Assembly (NCBI GenBank): GCA_963796685.1
Contig: CAWCMR010000025.1
Coordinates: 864,001-928,000 of the forward strand
From: an uncultured delta proteobacterium
Lineage (GTDB): Bacteria; Myxococcota_A; Polyangia; Fen-1088
Length of the DNA stretch: 64,000 nt
Direction: 5' to 3'
Within the stretch, counting starts at the first letter, position 1; every line of letters starts with the position of its first letter. The notes beneath the pieces are model-generated. The model saw nothing but the letters and a program-made list of their open reading frames with translations, had not been told where the DNA came from and did no database searches. Below, piece by piece: positions 21,889 through 33,827 of this stretch. A program made the position numbers and the translations under genes.

Positions 21889-22658
21889 CCCTCTCCTGCT
21901 CCGATGCCGACACCGCGCTGCATGCCTATGTCGACGGCGAATTGACCGGCGCGGATCGGGCAGCCTACGAGGCCCACCTGTGTACCTGCGAGGCCTGTAC
22001 CCATGCCAGCCGTTTGCAGGCTCGCTTCAAGGCGGCTATCCGCGGCCACCTACCCCGCCCGGCGCTACCTGTCGGGCTGCGTTCGCGTATCGAGACCGCG
22101 CTCGCCAGCGCGCCGGCGCCCAGCCGCCGCTGGCCATGGCGCAGCCATCCGCGTGCCTTCACCGTAGGCATGGCCGCGGCCGCCGCTCTTGTGCTGCTAT
22201 TTGCCAACACACACCGAACAGTGCGCTCGGCGGTTCTGGAGCAGGCGGTCTCGACCTTCCACCACGATCTGCCGCTCGACGTGCTCTCCGAGAGCTGCGC
22301 CAAGGTTTCCGACTGGTTCCGCGGCAAGGTAGACTTCGCGATGCAACCGACCGGCCACGCCGGGGTGCACTGCCAGGGCGGGCGTCTGGTCAATGTGCGC
22401 GACCGTTTCGGGGCCTACGTCGTGTACCGGGTGCCGGCCGGGCATCGCCTTGGGGTCATGGTGGTTCCGTCCGACAATGAGCCCTTGGCCGGCGACCATC
22501 TGCGCTTTCTACATGGCAGGCGTGCCTTCCTCGACACCCGCCGCGGAGTTTCCACGGTGACCTTCCGAGAGCCAGGCGGGCTCGATTACGTCTTCACGGC
22601 AGACCTGGACGAAAACGCCTTGGCCAACTGGGTTGAGACGGTCTATCTGGCGCGCTAG
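21885..22658 (+). CDS. Zinc-binding (zf-HC2) transmembrane anti-sigma factor
   Basis: AYVDGEL...HLCTCEAC (HxxxCxxC), one TM, periplasmic domain; ATGA overlap with sigma. Confidence 0.88.
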   Translation: MTLSCSDADTALHAYVDGELTGADRAAYEAHLCTCEACTHASRLQARFKAAIRGHLPRPALPVGLRSRIETALASAPAPSRRWPWRSHPRAFTVGMAAAAALVLLFANTHRTVRSAVLEQAVSTFHHDLPLDVLSESCAKVSDWFRGKVDFAMQPTGHAGVHCQGGRLVNVRDRFGAYVVYRVPAGHRLGVMVVPSDNEPLAGDHLRFLHGRRAFLDTRRGVSTVTFREPGGLDYVFTADLDENALANWVETVYLAR

Positions 22659-22753
22659 CGACTCGACGCGCTAGAGACATCCTGCGAAGCCCACACCTCG
22701 ATGCAGGCTCGCTTGGTCCTGGACGCCTATCCGTAGTAACGTCCCCCATCCTC

Positions 22754-25233
22754 ATGCCGACGAGAACGCTTCTGTGTGTCGAGCCCGACGAAGCCGTACT
22801 GGCCACGATTGCCGCGACCCTGGAACCGTACGGTTTCGAGATCAGGAACATCACCAACGGCGACCTGGTCGTCGACTGGGCCAAGAAGAACCGGCCCGCG
22901 TTGATGATGGTTTCGGTCGAGCCCAAAAAGATTGGCTACGCAATCTGCAACAAGATCAAACGCAACGTCGAGCTCAAAGACGTTCCACTCATCCTCACGT
23001 CCGGGGAGGAGGCACCCGAGAAATTCGAGCAGCACAAGACCTTCAAGCTGCGCGCCGACGACTACATGTTCAAGCCCCTGGATCGCCACGAGCTGATGCG
23101 GAAGGTGAACGTGCTGATCGGTCTGGACGAGCCCGAGTCTGCCGAAGCACCGAGCCCCTCGGCCGAGATCTTCCTCGGCACCGACGTGGTGTCCTCGGAG
23201 ATCGCCATCGACGCCGACGACATCGTCGACGAGGCCAAGATCGCCACGCCGCCGCCTCGGTCCATCGCGGGCGCCGGGGCCCCGACCGGCAACGATCCCT
23301 TGGGCGGCGTCAACCCCGTCTTGGACGCCATGTTCGACAAAGAGGCAGAGGCCGCCTTCGACGCCCTAGAGCTGCCGACGCCCGAGCCGACCCATGCCAG
23401 CCCGGACCCGAGCAAGGACGGCCCTGCCACGAGCTACCTGGACGTGGCCACGCCTCCGCCCGTGGAAGGCATGACCGAGGCCGAGCCACCGCCGCCACCG
23501 CCTCCCGCCCCCGATCCCGACGGCTGGAGCGAAGAAGGGGCGACCCGCGTGGTGCCTTCCTCCTTCAACGCCGAGGACCTCCCGAGCATGCTGCCGCCCC
23601 CGGAGGCGCCGGTGGACTTGGATGGCGTGCCCATGGCCGTGGCGGCGAGCGAGCCCGCGACCGCGGAGGTGGCGGCGCCGTCCGTCGAGATCGAAGGCGA
23701 TCCGGAGCTTCTGCGTCGCGCGGCCCCGCCCGAAGACGTGCCGCCGCTGCCGGACGAGGTCCGCAACACCTCGGTCATCGCCTACGCAACCGCCACCGCC
23801 AACGACGCCGCCTTCAGCGATCTGCAGAAGCGCGTGCACGAGCTCGAGGACGAGAAGCGCGAGCTCGGCGCGGTCATCGACGATCTGCGCGGGCATCTGC
23901 AATCGCAGCCGCTGCACAAGGAGAAAGATCTTCTCGGATTGCGCGAGACCATCAACCGCAAGGAAAAGGACATCCTCGACCTGCGCGATGCCGTGGACGC
24001 CAAGGATCGGTTGATTCTCGACCACAAGGATCGCATGCGCGAGCACGAGCGCGCGCGACGCGACCTCGAAGAGAAGATGCTCACCTTCGAAAAGAACCTG
24101 ATGCACGCCAACGAAAAGGTGATGGCGTTGTCGCAGGACAAAGAAAAGGGCATCGAGCGCGAGCGTGGGCTCAAGGATCAGGCTCGAAGACGCCCACACC
24201 GAGATCGGCAAGACGCACGACGAGCTGGACCTGGTCAAGAAGCGCCTCGCCACGGTTGAGGATCGGGCGCGGCTGGAGCTCGATCGCGTTCGCCACGACC
24301 TGGAGGAGCGCCTCGTCGAGGATGAGCAAGCGCACAAGAACGAGCTGGCACGCTTGCGCGAAGACCGGGAAGCGGAGAAGGCCGCGCGCGAAACCGAGGT
24401 GCAGGCGGAGATCGCGCGCCTCAACGGAAGCCACGCGGCCGAAATCGAGATGCTGGGCAAGCGGCACGCCGAGGAAAAGGCGAGCCTCGAGGACGCCCGC
24501 GAGATCGAGTTGGCGCGCGTGCGCCGCGAGCACGAGAAGGCCCTGCTGGCCCTGCGCGAAGAGCACGCGGCGGCGGTCGAAAACGAGAAGCAGGCCCACC
24601 AGGCCGCGCTCGAAACCAAGGATCGCGACTCCAAGAACGAGCTCGCCGAGCTGCGCCGCGCTCACGACGGTGAGCTGGCGGCGGCCGAGGACCGGCGACG
24701 CCGCGAAATGGAGGAGGCGGAAGTACGCCGCGTGGCGGATCTCGACGCGGCCGATGCACGACGACGCGCGGAATTGCAGGCGCGCGACGAGCAGCACCAC
24801 ACCGCCACCGCCGAGCTGGAACGGCGCAACCTGGCCGAGAAAGCCGAGGCCGCCGAACGCCACCGCGCCGAGTTGGAACAGGCCCTTGGGCGAAGCATCG
24901 AGATCGAGGCCGAGCTGGCGGCGCGCAACGAGGAGCTGGCCGAGACCCACCGCCGCCTCTTGCGCATCGATGGCGAGCTCGACACCGCGCGAACCGATAT
25001 CCGAGACCGCGAGGTCAAGCTTGGCCAGGCCCGAGACCGCATCACCGAGCTGGAAAGCAAGGTGGCGGATTCTCGAAGACCAGGCCTTGCGCGCCTACCG
25101 CCGCATCAAGGACGACGAAAAGACCATCGACAAAGCCAAGCGCGCGGTCAGCGTGGCGCTCACCCTTCTCGACGAGCGCAGCACGACAGGTACGCCTGCG
25201 GCGCCTCGACCCGGCGAAGAGCCGCAGAGCTAG
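22754..25233 (+). CDS. frzS: FrzS-like pseudo-receiver + Pro/acidic linker + long coiled coil; apparent frameshifts near 24175 and 25070
   Basis: Receiver lacks the phospho-Asp; [27 protein letters not shown] resemble the FrzS receiver; follows ECF sigma/anti-sigma as in M. xanthus. Confidence 0.65.
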
Positions 25234-25274
25234 CGTCCCTTCGAGAACCGTCGGTTGCGCGCACCTGGAATTCC

Positions 25275-27047
25275 ATGCATGAGGTGACGGGAAATCGCGC
25301 GGGCCTCAAGCCCTCGGAGATTTCGGCCCTCGAACGCGTGTACCGCCGGCGGGTCGGGGCGCGCGAGATCGTCTCGGCCGAGCTTGGTGCCTATCTGTGC
25401 GAGATCTCCCGCGCCATCGGTCGCCAGGTCGGCGTGCTCATCTCGCGCCAGGGTGCCGTCGAGCACGTCATCGTGGGCGATGCCTCGGGCCTGGTCTTGC
25501 CCGAGGTTGGCCGTCTGCGCGCCGGCCACGGCCGCTTCCGCGGTTTGCGCCTGGTGCACACCCACCTGCGCAACGAGGCCCTGTCGCGCGACGACCTCGT
25601 CGACCTGGCCCTGCTGCGCCTGGATCTGGTGGCCGCGGTGGGCGTGAACCACGAGGGCCGGCCCGCCGATCTGCACGTGGCCCACCTGGTGCCGCCGCAC
25701 GAGGGAAAATCCCCGTGGATCCTGCTGCCGCCCGCCCCTTTCCACCGCACGTCCACCGATTTCGTCGACCTCATCGAGTCCCTCGAGGAGGAGTTCAACC
25801 GCGTGTTGCCCAGCGGCCGCGCGACCCGAGGCTCCGAGCGCGCCTTGCTGGTGGTGGCCGAGCTCGGCAAACAGCGCGGGCAGAGCGGAAGCCGCGTGCG
25901 GAGCCTGCCGGCCCTCGGGACCCACCTGCCCACCCTGCCACACCCTCGGGCTTCGCCCTCGCCCTCGCCGGCAGCGGAGCAACCCTCCCAGGGTTCCCAA
26001 GACAATAGCCGCGTCCATGAGCTGCGCGAGCTGTGCCGGACCGCGGGTATCCAGGTGGTCGACGTGGCGATCCAGCGGCGACCCGAGCCCGATCCGCGCT
26101 ACCTCATCGGCCGCGGCAAGCTCGAGGACGTGCTCGTGCGGGCCATGCAATACGACGCCAGTGCGCTCGTCTTCGATCCCGATCTGTCGCCGGGCCAGGC
26201 CCACGCCATCGCCTCGTTCACCGATCTCAAGGTCATCGATCGCACGATTCTGATTCTGGACATCTTTGCCCAGCGCGCGCGCAGCCGCGACGCCAAGCTA
26301 CAAGTCGAGCTGGCGCAATTGCGCTACCGCCTGCCGCGCCTGCAGGAAGAGAACACCATGATGAGCCGCCTGGTAGGTGGCATCGGTGGGCGGGGACCGG
26401 GCGAAACCAAGCTGGAGATTGGCCGTCGCCGCGCGCGTGAACGCCTGCACCGTCTGGAAAAGGACATCGAGGAGACCCGCCGCCAGCGCGCCGGTCGCCG
26501 AGCCGCGCGCAAGGATCGCGGCCTGCCCGTGGTGGCCATCGTCGGCTACACCAACGCGGGCAAGTCGACGCTGCTCAACGGCCTGACCGGCAGCGAGGTC
26601 CTGGTCGAGGACAAGCTCTTCGCCACCCTCGATCCGACCACGCGCCGCCTGCGTTTCCCACGCGAGCGGGAATTGATCCTGGCCGATACCGTCGGCTTCA
26701 TTCGCGACCTACCCAAGGATCTGGCGCAGGCCTTTCACGCCACCCTGGAGGAGCTGGACGACGCCGATCTGCTGCTACACGTGGTGGATGCCGCGGATCC
26801 CGATCGCGACGCCCACATCACCGCCGTCGAACGCATCCTGGGCGATTTGGAGCTGGCCGAGACGCCCCGCTTGCTCGTGTACAACAAGGCCGATCGCCTG
26901 CTGCCCGAGGAGAAGTCCGTGCTCGAGGCGGGTGGCCGCAACCTGACCATCAGTGCTCTCGACCGAACGACCATCCTGCCCCTGCTCGCGGCCATGGAAG
27001 GCGCCCTGTGGCGCGAAGGCCATAGCGTGGGTGGCTACACGGGCTAG
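25275..27047 (+). CDS. hflX: GTPase HflX (long form with N-terminal extension)
   Basis: [47 protein letters not shown]. Confidence 0.95.
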   Translation: MHEVTGNRAGLKPSEISALERVYRRRVGAREIVSAELGAYLCEISRAIGRQVGVLISRQGAVEHVIVGDASGLVLPEVGRLRAGHGRFRGLRLVHTHLRNEALSRDDLVDLALLRLDLVAAVGVNHEGRPADLHVAHLVPPHEGKSPWILLPPAPFHRTSTDFVDLIESLEEEFNRVLPSGRATRGSERALLVVAELGKQRGQSGSRVRSLPALGTHLPTLPHPRASPSPSPAAEQPSQGSQDNSRVHELRELCRTAGIQVVDVAIQRRPEPDPRYLIGRGKLEDVLVRAMQYDASALVFDPDLSPGQAHAIASFTDLKVIDRTILILDIFAQRARSRDAKLQVELAQLRYRLPRLQEENTMMSRLVGGIGGRGPGETKLEIGRRRARERLHRLEKDIEETRRQRAGRRAARKDRGLPVVAIVGYTNAGKSTLLNGLTGSEVLVEDKLFATLDPTTRRLRFPRERELILADTVGFIRDLPKDLAQAFHATLEELDDADLLLHVVDAADPDRDAHITAVERILGDLELAETPRLLVYNKADRLLPEEKSVLEAGGRNLTISALDRTTILPLLAAMEGALWREGHSVGGYTG

Positions 27048-27394
27048 AGCACCACCTCGACGCCAGCGTGCTCGCGCGCGAGACCGGCGACGAGAGCGAA
27101 CAGCTCCACGCCCTGACCTCGATCGTCGAGCCAACGCCCACTCGAGCTGTCCAAGTCGAAGTGCCAGGCGCGGTCGCGAAAGGCGGCCCAAATCTGCCGA
27201 AGCGGCGTCTGGGGCGACAGGATGAGCTTGTGCGACTGCTTGAACGCGATGACCAGGGTGCCTTGGGAAAAGTCGGACTCGGCCAGGTCGGGGTCGACAT
27301 CCTCGAAGACCTTGTCGAGCCGCCCCAGCGCCTCGTCCACGCGCTTGCGGTAAGCGCCCTCGTCCCCTGCGGGGACCGCAGAGCCGGGCATCAC
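27044..27394 (-). CDS. cyaY: Iron donor protein CyaY (frataxin-like)
   Basis: [24 protein letters not shown]...W.DDRG. Confidence 0.8.
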   Translation of the reverse strand: MMPGSAVPAGDEGAYRKRVDEALGRLDKVFEDVDPDLAESDFSQGTLVIAFKQSHKLILSPQTPLRQIWAAFRDRAWHFDLDSSSGRWLDDRGQGVELFALVAGLAREHAGVEVVL

Positions 27395-27741
27395 TCCTTC
27401 TCCAGGTGATGCCCGATGATTCCGCGTAGCGCCTTGCGATCCTTGGCCGGCAATTCCTCGAGCGGTGGTTTCTCGGATTCCTCCGCAGAGCTCGTGCCAT
27501 GGGCGCCCGACTGGCCGGGGCCGTGCTTGACCACGTCCTGAACGACCTCTTCCGATGCACGATCCACGAGATCGCCCACCTTCTGCTTCGTCCCGCGCAA
27601 GAGATCCTGCGACTCGTGGGTCCTCCAGATGGCCTGCATGTGCTCGAACAGGGTCCGATCGCCGAGGCGCACGGTCGTGCCGAAATAGACGATGGCCCCC
27701 AGGCCACCCAGCACGAAGATCAGCCGAAGTAGGCGAAACAC
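27391..27741 (-). CDS. Hypothetical small membrane-anchored protein
   Basis: GTG start, N-terminal TM, TVRLGDRTLFEH; overlaps the cyaY start. Confidence 0.7.
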   Translation of the reverse strand: MFRLLRLIFVLGGLGAIVYFGTTVRLGDRTLFEHMQAIWRTHESQDLLRGTKQKVGDLVDRASEEVVQDVVKHGPGQSGAHGTSSAEESEKPPLEELPAKDRKALRGIIGHHLEKE

Positions 27742-27818
27742 GTCTCTTCTGTTACCACTCCCGGCCCGGCCCCGCCAGTTTCGCTGGCGATCCGCGCGGG
27801 ATCCGGCGCGTCTGACGC

Positions 27819-28214
27819 CTACCGCCGCGGGTCGCCGACGCGGAAGTGATCGGCGCGCAGGAGCAACTTGGTGAGCCGCTCGCGATTGTCGTCGTCCACG
27901 GGATCGATGGTTGCGCCGAACCCCGGCGGGCGCTTGCCGGGATTGCCGGCGTCGACGCGGATGATGCGCGCGTGGCAATTGATGTTGAAATCAGGATCGT
28001 CGCCCAGGCCGTCCTCGGAGCCGAAGATGACGAGCCCGAGATCCCGTCCCGGCACGAGGTCTGGGTACTGCTGGGGCGTGCCCACGAGGTAGATACCGCC
28101 GGCCGACACGTTGCGCACCTCCATGATTTGGACCTCGCGGATCTTGACCTCGGCCTGGGCAAAAACCTCGATACGCTGGCTGGTGCGGCGGTTGGCTGTG
28201 GATTCCAGAGTCAC
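27819..28214 (-). CDS. PilZ domain protein
   Basis: RRTSQR (RxxxR) and NVSAGG (D/NxSxxG) c-di-GMP motifs. Confidence 0.8.
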   Translation of the reverse strand: MTLESTANRRTSQRIEVFAQAEVKIREVQIMEVRNVSAGGIYLVGTPQQYPDLVPGRDLGLVIFGSEDGLGDDPDFNINCHARIIRVDAGNPGKRPPGFGATIDPVDDDNRERLTKLLLRADHFRVGDPRR

Positions 28215-28220
28215 GCCTGC

Positions 28221-28288
28221 ATTGTAGCTGGCAAGCTCCGCGTCACTTAACAAAATTGTAGCTGGCCAGCCCCGCGTCACTTAACAAA
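28221..28288. repeat. 34-bp tandem duplication upstream of the PilZ gene
   Basis: ATTGTAGCTGGC(A/C)AGC(T/C)CCGCGTCACTTAACAAA at 28221 and 28255. Confidence 0.85.
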
Positions 28289-28320
28289 AACGCCCGGCAG
28301 GTTGCTCCCGCCGGGCGTTT
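28284..28320 (-). terminator. Rho-independent terminator of groESL
   Basis: Minus strand AAACGCCCGGC-loop-GCCGGGCGTTTTTGT. Confidence 0.8.
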
Positions 28321-28351
28321 GGATGTGAGTCAGACTGTGCTGGTGGTCGAC

Positions 28352-30004
<1,653 letters not shown>

Positions 30005-30022
30005 GTTGGTCTCCTTGTGTGC

Positions 30023-30310
30023 CTACTCGAGGATCGCGAGGACATCGTCCTCGCGCATAATCAAATGCTCGACGCCATCCATCTTGATCTCGTTGCCCGA
30101 ATACTTCGAGAACAGGATCTTGTCGCCTTCCTTGACGTCCAGCTTGCGAATGGAGCCGTCTTCCTGAACTTTGCCGCTGCCGACGGCAACGACCTGGCCC
30201 TTTTGGGGCTTTTCCTTGGCGGTGTCGGGAATGAAGAGCCCGCCTGCGGTCTTGGTTTCTTCTTCGACGCGCTTGACGAGAATTCGGTCATACAGGGGTC
30301 TTACTTTCAT
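30023..30310 (-). CDS. groS: Co-chaperonin GroES
   Basis: [14 protein letters not shown]...[14 protein letters not shown]; RBS AAGGAG. Confidence 0.98.
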   Translation of the reverse strand: MKVRPLYDRILVKRVEEETKTAGGLFIPDTAKEKPQKGQVVAVGSGKVQEDGSIRKLDVKEGDKILFSKYSGNEIKMDGVEHLIMREDDVLAILE

Positions 30311-30387
30311 GGTGGTCTTCTCCTTGATTGCAAAAACGACCCACCGGTTGGTACCGGAGGGTGGTGCCGGGCGCGGGCGGTGAGCTG

Positions 30388-30744
30388 CTAGGCCGCCTTG
30401 GAGGCGCCCTTCTTGCCTTTGCCCTTGCTTTCGCTGGTCGTGGGTGTCGAGCTCGAGGTGTCGCCTCCAGCCTTCGCCCCGCCGGCCGAGGATTCGGATT
30501 TCGCGGTGGCTACGGATTCGGACTTCCCGCTGGGCGATTCGGCGGAACCGGTCGCGGGCTTCTGGCTGGCGTAGAGATCGCTGTACCAACCGCCTCCCTT
30601 GAGCTGAAACGAGGTGTGGCTGATCAGCTTTTCGACCTTGCGCGCCTTGCACTTCGGACAAACCTTGACCGGTTTGTCGGACATCTTTTGCCATTCTTCG
30701 AAGCGATGGCCGCAGCTCTGACATTCGTATTCGTAAATTGGCAT
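30388..30744 (-). CDS. FmdB family zinc-ribbon protein
   Basis: [13 protein letters not shown]...CPKC...[13 protein letters not shown]. Confidence 0.92.
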   Translation of the reverse strand: MPIYEYECQSCGHRFEEWQKMSDKPVKVCPKCKARKVEKLISHTSFQLKGGGWYSDLYASQKPATGSAESPSGKSESVATAKSESSAGGAKAGGDTSSSTPTTSESKGKGKKGASKAA

Positions 30745-30797
30745 CTGTCGCTCAGCGTCTTGTTTTGCCGGCACTCTGCAGAACGCCGGGCAGACGA

Positions 30798-30825
30798 AGA
30801 TTAAGCACGCTTTGGCCTCTGTCAA
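30798..30825 (-). promoter_or_regulatory. Putative sigma70 promoter for fmdB-groESL
   Basis: TTGACA-N16-TAATCT on minus strand, flanked by CIRCE-like half sites. Confidence 0.5.
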
Positions 30826-31024
30826 GCAGCCTTGGTGAGTGCCAGAAAAGTATAACAAAGCCTTTATATTTCATATGGTTACATTTCACGGAACCTACAA
30901 TCTGCCAAAGCGGTCGCTCGGCCTATGGCGTGCGGCCGCCGCGGGGGCGTCCCCGGCGCTAGCCCGCAGAAGCCGAGCGCCGCTCTCCCGGATGAATGGC
31001 CGCCGTGCTCGCCAGCAATCGCCC

Positions 31025-31591
31025 CTATAGGGGCTCGAAGATTGGGACGAGGGGGATCGCCACCTCGGGAAAGGACGGCGAGGTCAGGGTGGCGGAGCGG
31101 TCGAAGAGAACGCCTTGGTCGTAGCCGGTCTCTTTGAGGCGAAAGACCTCGACGTGGCCGAGGTCGGGGTCGACGATCCAATACTCCTGGATGCCAGCCC
31201 GGGCGTACGCGGCCTTTTTCAAGAACACGTCGTTGCCGCGCGTGGAGGTCGAAAGAATCTCGACGGCCACGTCGGGCGCCCCTTCGAGCCCCCGCTTCGA
31301 AATGCTGTCCCGGCGGCTCTTGCGAATGATGGCGAGGTCGGGCTCGACCACCGAGGTCTCGGCCAGGATGACGTCATACGGGGCGTCGAAAATGTACGCG
31401 ATCCCGGGCAGCTCGAGTTGGCCCATGAGCGCGTACTGCAGGCGACGGGAAACGGTCTGGTGCATGGAAGAAGGCGCTGGTGTCACGTAGAGCTCCCCCT
31501 CGATGATCTCGTAGCGACGGCCATCGTTCGGCAGATAGCAGTACTCCTGGTAGGTGTACGGCACGTTCGCGCGCACCCCGGGATTGGGCAT
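31025..31591 (-). CDS. Uma2 family (PD-(D/E)XK) endonuclease-like protein
   Basis: RYEIIEGEL, VVEPDL, GAPDVAVEILS, KKAAYARAGIQEYWIVDP. Confidence 0.92.
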   Translation of the reverse strand: MPNPGVRANVPYTYQEYCYLPNDGRRYEIIEGELYVTPAPSSMHQTVSRRLQYALMGQLELPGIAYIFDAPYDVILAETSVVEPDLAIIRKSRRDSISKRGLEGAPDVAVEILSTSTRGNDVFLKKAAYARAGIQEYWIVDPDLGHVEVFRLKETGYDQGVLFDRSATLTSPSFPEVAIPLVPIFEPL

Positions 31592-31661
31592 GGGGATAGT
31601 ATACGCCGCGCACGGAGAAGGTCGACGTGACAAGTGTGAGCGGGGTGCTCGGCGGCAAGGA

Positions 31662-31814
31662 GCCGCGAAAAGATAACTTGTGCAAAGAGCGCGGCCGAGG
31701 CGCCCGGATGGCAAGGAGCGAGAAGCGAGCATACCCGTCGGTATGTGAGCGACGAGCGACGCAGCCAGCCGGGATGAATCGGCCGCGAGCCTGCTAAAGT
31801 TATCTTTGAGCGGC
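31662..31814. repeat. Palindromic MITE/REP-like element sharing its core with the 12015 element
   Basis: TIR GCCGCGAAAAGATAACTT / AAGTTATCTTTGAGCGGC (16/18); core 31711-31765 about 70% identical to 12070-12123 in opposite orientation. Confidence 0.7.
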
Positions 31815-31816
31815 GA

Positions 31817-33655
31817 CTAACCCTCGCCGAGGTACTTGCCGAGCTCGCCCACCAGCTTTTCGAAGCGAGCGATGGCGGCCTCGACAGGCGCCGGGCTCGA
31901 CATGTCGACGCCGGCGAGCTTCAGCGATTCGATGGGGTAGCGCGAACCGCCGGAGCGCAGGAAGGTGAAGTAGTCTTCGCGCTCTTGGGGACCGCCACCC
32001 AGCACGCGGTCGGCCAGGGCGATGGCGGCGGAGATGCCGGTCGAGTAGGTGTAGACGTAGAAGGCGCGGTAGAAGTGCGGAATGCGTAGCCCTTCGAGAT
32101 CGCTGACCGCCTCCAGCTTCACGCCGGGGCCGAAGAAGCATTCGAGCAGCTTGCGGTATTCCGCGCGCAGGACGTCCACGGTCAGCGGCGTGCCGGATTC
32201 CACCAGGGCGTGCGTCTTGGCCTCGAACTCGGCGAACATCGTCTGGCGAAAGAGCGAGCCGATGATGGAGTCGACTTCTTTGTTGACGAGGTAGGCGCGG
32301 ACCTCGTTCGAGGCGGCCTTGCCCGCAAGGTAGCGGCCGAGGAGCTGTTCGTTGAAGGTGCTCGCGACCTCCGCCTCGAAGGTCGTGTAGTGCCAGTGCA
32401 AGAAGGCGTTGCTGCGCGCGCTGTAGTACGAGTGCATCGAATGGCCCGCCTCGTGCGCCAGCGTGAAGACGTCGTCGAGCAGCTCTTCCTTGAAGTTCAT
32501 CAGGATGTACGGCTCGGCGCCGTAACTGCCGTAGGAAAAGGCGCCCGAGGCCTTGCCCTTGTTCTCGTAGCGATCGACCCAGCCGCTGCGCAAGCCTCGG
32601 CCGAGCTCGGCGCCGTACTCCCTGCCGAGAGGCGCGAGGGCTTCTTGCACCACATCGACCGCCTGGTCGTAGGTGTGCCGCCAAGTCGCGGTGGGCACCA
32701 GCGGAACGCGAACATCGTAGTGGCAAAGTGTGTCGAGCTTGAGCGCCTTTCGGCGTAGCTCGTAGTAGCGGTGCAGGGCGGGCAGTCCCGCGTGCACCGT
32801 CGCCACCAGATTGTCGTAGACCGACTCGGGCATGGCGTCTGGGAACAGGGCCATGGCCCGCGACGAAGCGTGGTTACGTACCCTCGCGGCGTAGCGGTCG
32901 AGCTGCACCGATCCTTCGTAGAGCACACCCAGCGTCGTCTTGTGCTGGTCGTACTGCGCGTAGTAGCGCTCGTAGGCCAGGCGGCGGAGCTCGCGATCCT
33001 GGCTTTGCTGGTAGCTCGAAAACGTCGAATGGCTGAGCGGCCTTTTGCCGTCCTTGGTGTCGAGGGTTCCGAAATCGAAATCCACGTCGGTCAGCACGCT
33101 GAACGCATTCGACACCGCCTGGTTGGCCTCGATCTGCATGGCCAGCAGACGTTCTTCCTTCTCGCTCAGCACATGGGGCTTGAAGCGCAAGAGCTTGCGC
33201 AGCCAGATCGCGAATTCGGCCAGGGCCGGATGCGCCAGGTAGCCGGCCATGCGGTCGTCGGGAATGGCGTGGATCTCGGGGTCGAAGTAGCTCCACGCGG
33301 TCTGCGCCTCGGCCTGGCTCATCATGAAGCGCGCGGTGCGATCGCGCGAGGCCGACAGCCCCTGATCCTCCGATTCGCGCAGGGCCGCGTAGCAAGCCAG
33401 GCGCTCTTCGAGAAGGCCGAGGTCGCGCAGAAAAACCAACGCCGCCGCGAGCGCTTCGGGTCCTCCCCCCAGCGTACCCTTGAAGATGGGGATCGTGGCC
33501 GCCAGGGCACGGTAGCGTTCGAGCTCCTTGTCCCAGGCCGCTTCGTCGGCGTAGAGCTTGGTCAGATCCCATTGGTCCGCGGCGGGAACGTCCTTGCGCG
33601 GCCGGAGGGTCGGTCGAGAATCCTGTTCGTGGGCGAAAAGCGGGAAGCTGGGCAT
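31817..33655 (-). CDS. pepF: Oligoendopeptidase F (M3B)
   Basis: WDLTKLY, GKASGAFS, TLAHEAGHSMH, AEVASTFNE, IPHFY. Confidence 0.95.
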   Translation of the reverse strand: MPSFPLFAHEQDSRPTLRPRKDVPAADQWDLTKLYADEAAWDKELERYRALAATIPIFKGTLGGGPEALAAALVFLRDLGLLEERLACYAALRESEDQGLSASRDRTARFMMSQAEAQTAWSYFDPEIHAIPDDRMAGYLAHPALAEFAIWLRKLLRFKPHVLSEKEERLLAMQIEANQAVSNAFSVLTDVDFDFGTLDTKDGKRPLSHSTFSSYQQSQDRELRRLAYERYYAQYDQHKTTLGVLYEGSVQLDRYAARVRNHASSRAMALFPDAMPESVYDNLVATVHAGLPALHRYYELRRKALKLDTLCHYDVRVPLVPTATWRHTYDQAVDVVQEALAPLGREYGAELGRGLRSGWVDRYENKGKASGAFSYGSYGAEPYILMNFKEELLDDVFTLAHEAGHSMHSYYSARSNAFLHWHYTTFEAEVASTFNEQLLGRYLAGKAASNEVRAYLVNKEVDSIIGSLFRQTMFAEFEAKTHALVESGTPLTVDVLRAEYRKLLECFFGPGVKLEAVSDLEGLRIPHFYRAFYVYTYSTGISAAIALADRVLGGGPQEREDYFTFLRSGGSRYPIESLKLAGVDMSSPAPVEAAIARFEKLVGELGKYLGEG

Positions 33656-33706
33656 AGGGGAAGGTTTCCCGGCAAACCCCGTCTCGTCAACTACCTGAAG
33701 AAATTA

Positions 33707-33827
33707 ACCACAGAGGACACGGAGAACACGGAGACGGAGGAGAGGGAAGGAGTTTGGACCTGAGATCCGGAAACCCCTTCCCTTCCGGCCTCTGTGTCCT
33801 CTGTGCTCTCTGTGGTGAAAAATCCGG
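33707..33827. repeat. Long imperfect palindrome, ACCACAGAG...CTCTGTGGT family, copy 2
   Basis: ACCACAGAGGACACGGAGAACACGGAG...CTCTGTGTCCTCTGTGCTCTCTGTGGTGAAAAATCCG, abutting the prfA stop. Confidence 0.88.

Noticed and set aside
24165-27047. 960-aa coiled-coil-HflX fusion in the ORF track
   Set aside because: Artefact of frameshifts in the upstream FrzS-like gene; HflX starts at about 25275
30769-30844. Canonical CIRCE element upstream of groESL
   Set aside because: Only GGCACTC/GAGTGCC half sites about 60 bp apart, not the 9-bp spacing HrcA requires
31025-31591. Uma2 nuclease as the mobiliser of the adjacent palindromic element
   Set aside because: The gene lies outside the TIRs and Uma2 genes are common stand-alone paralogs; adjacency alone is insufficient
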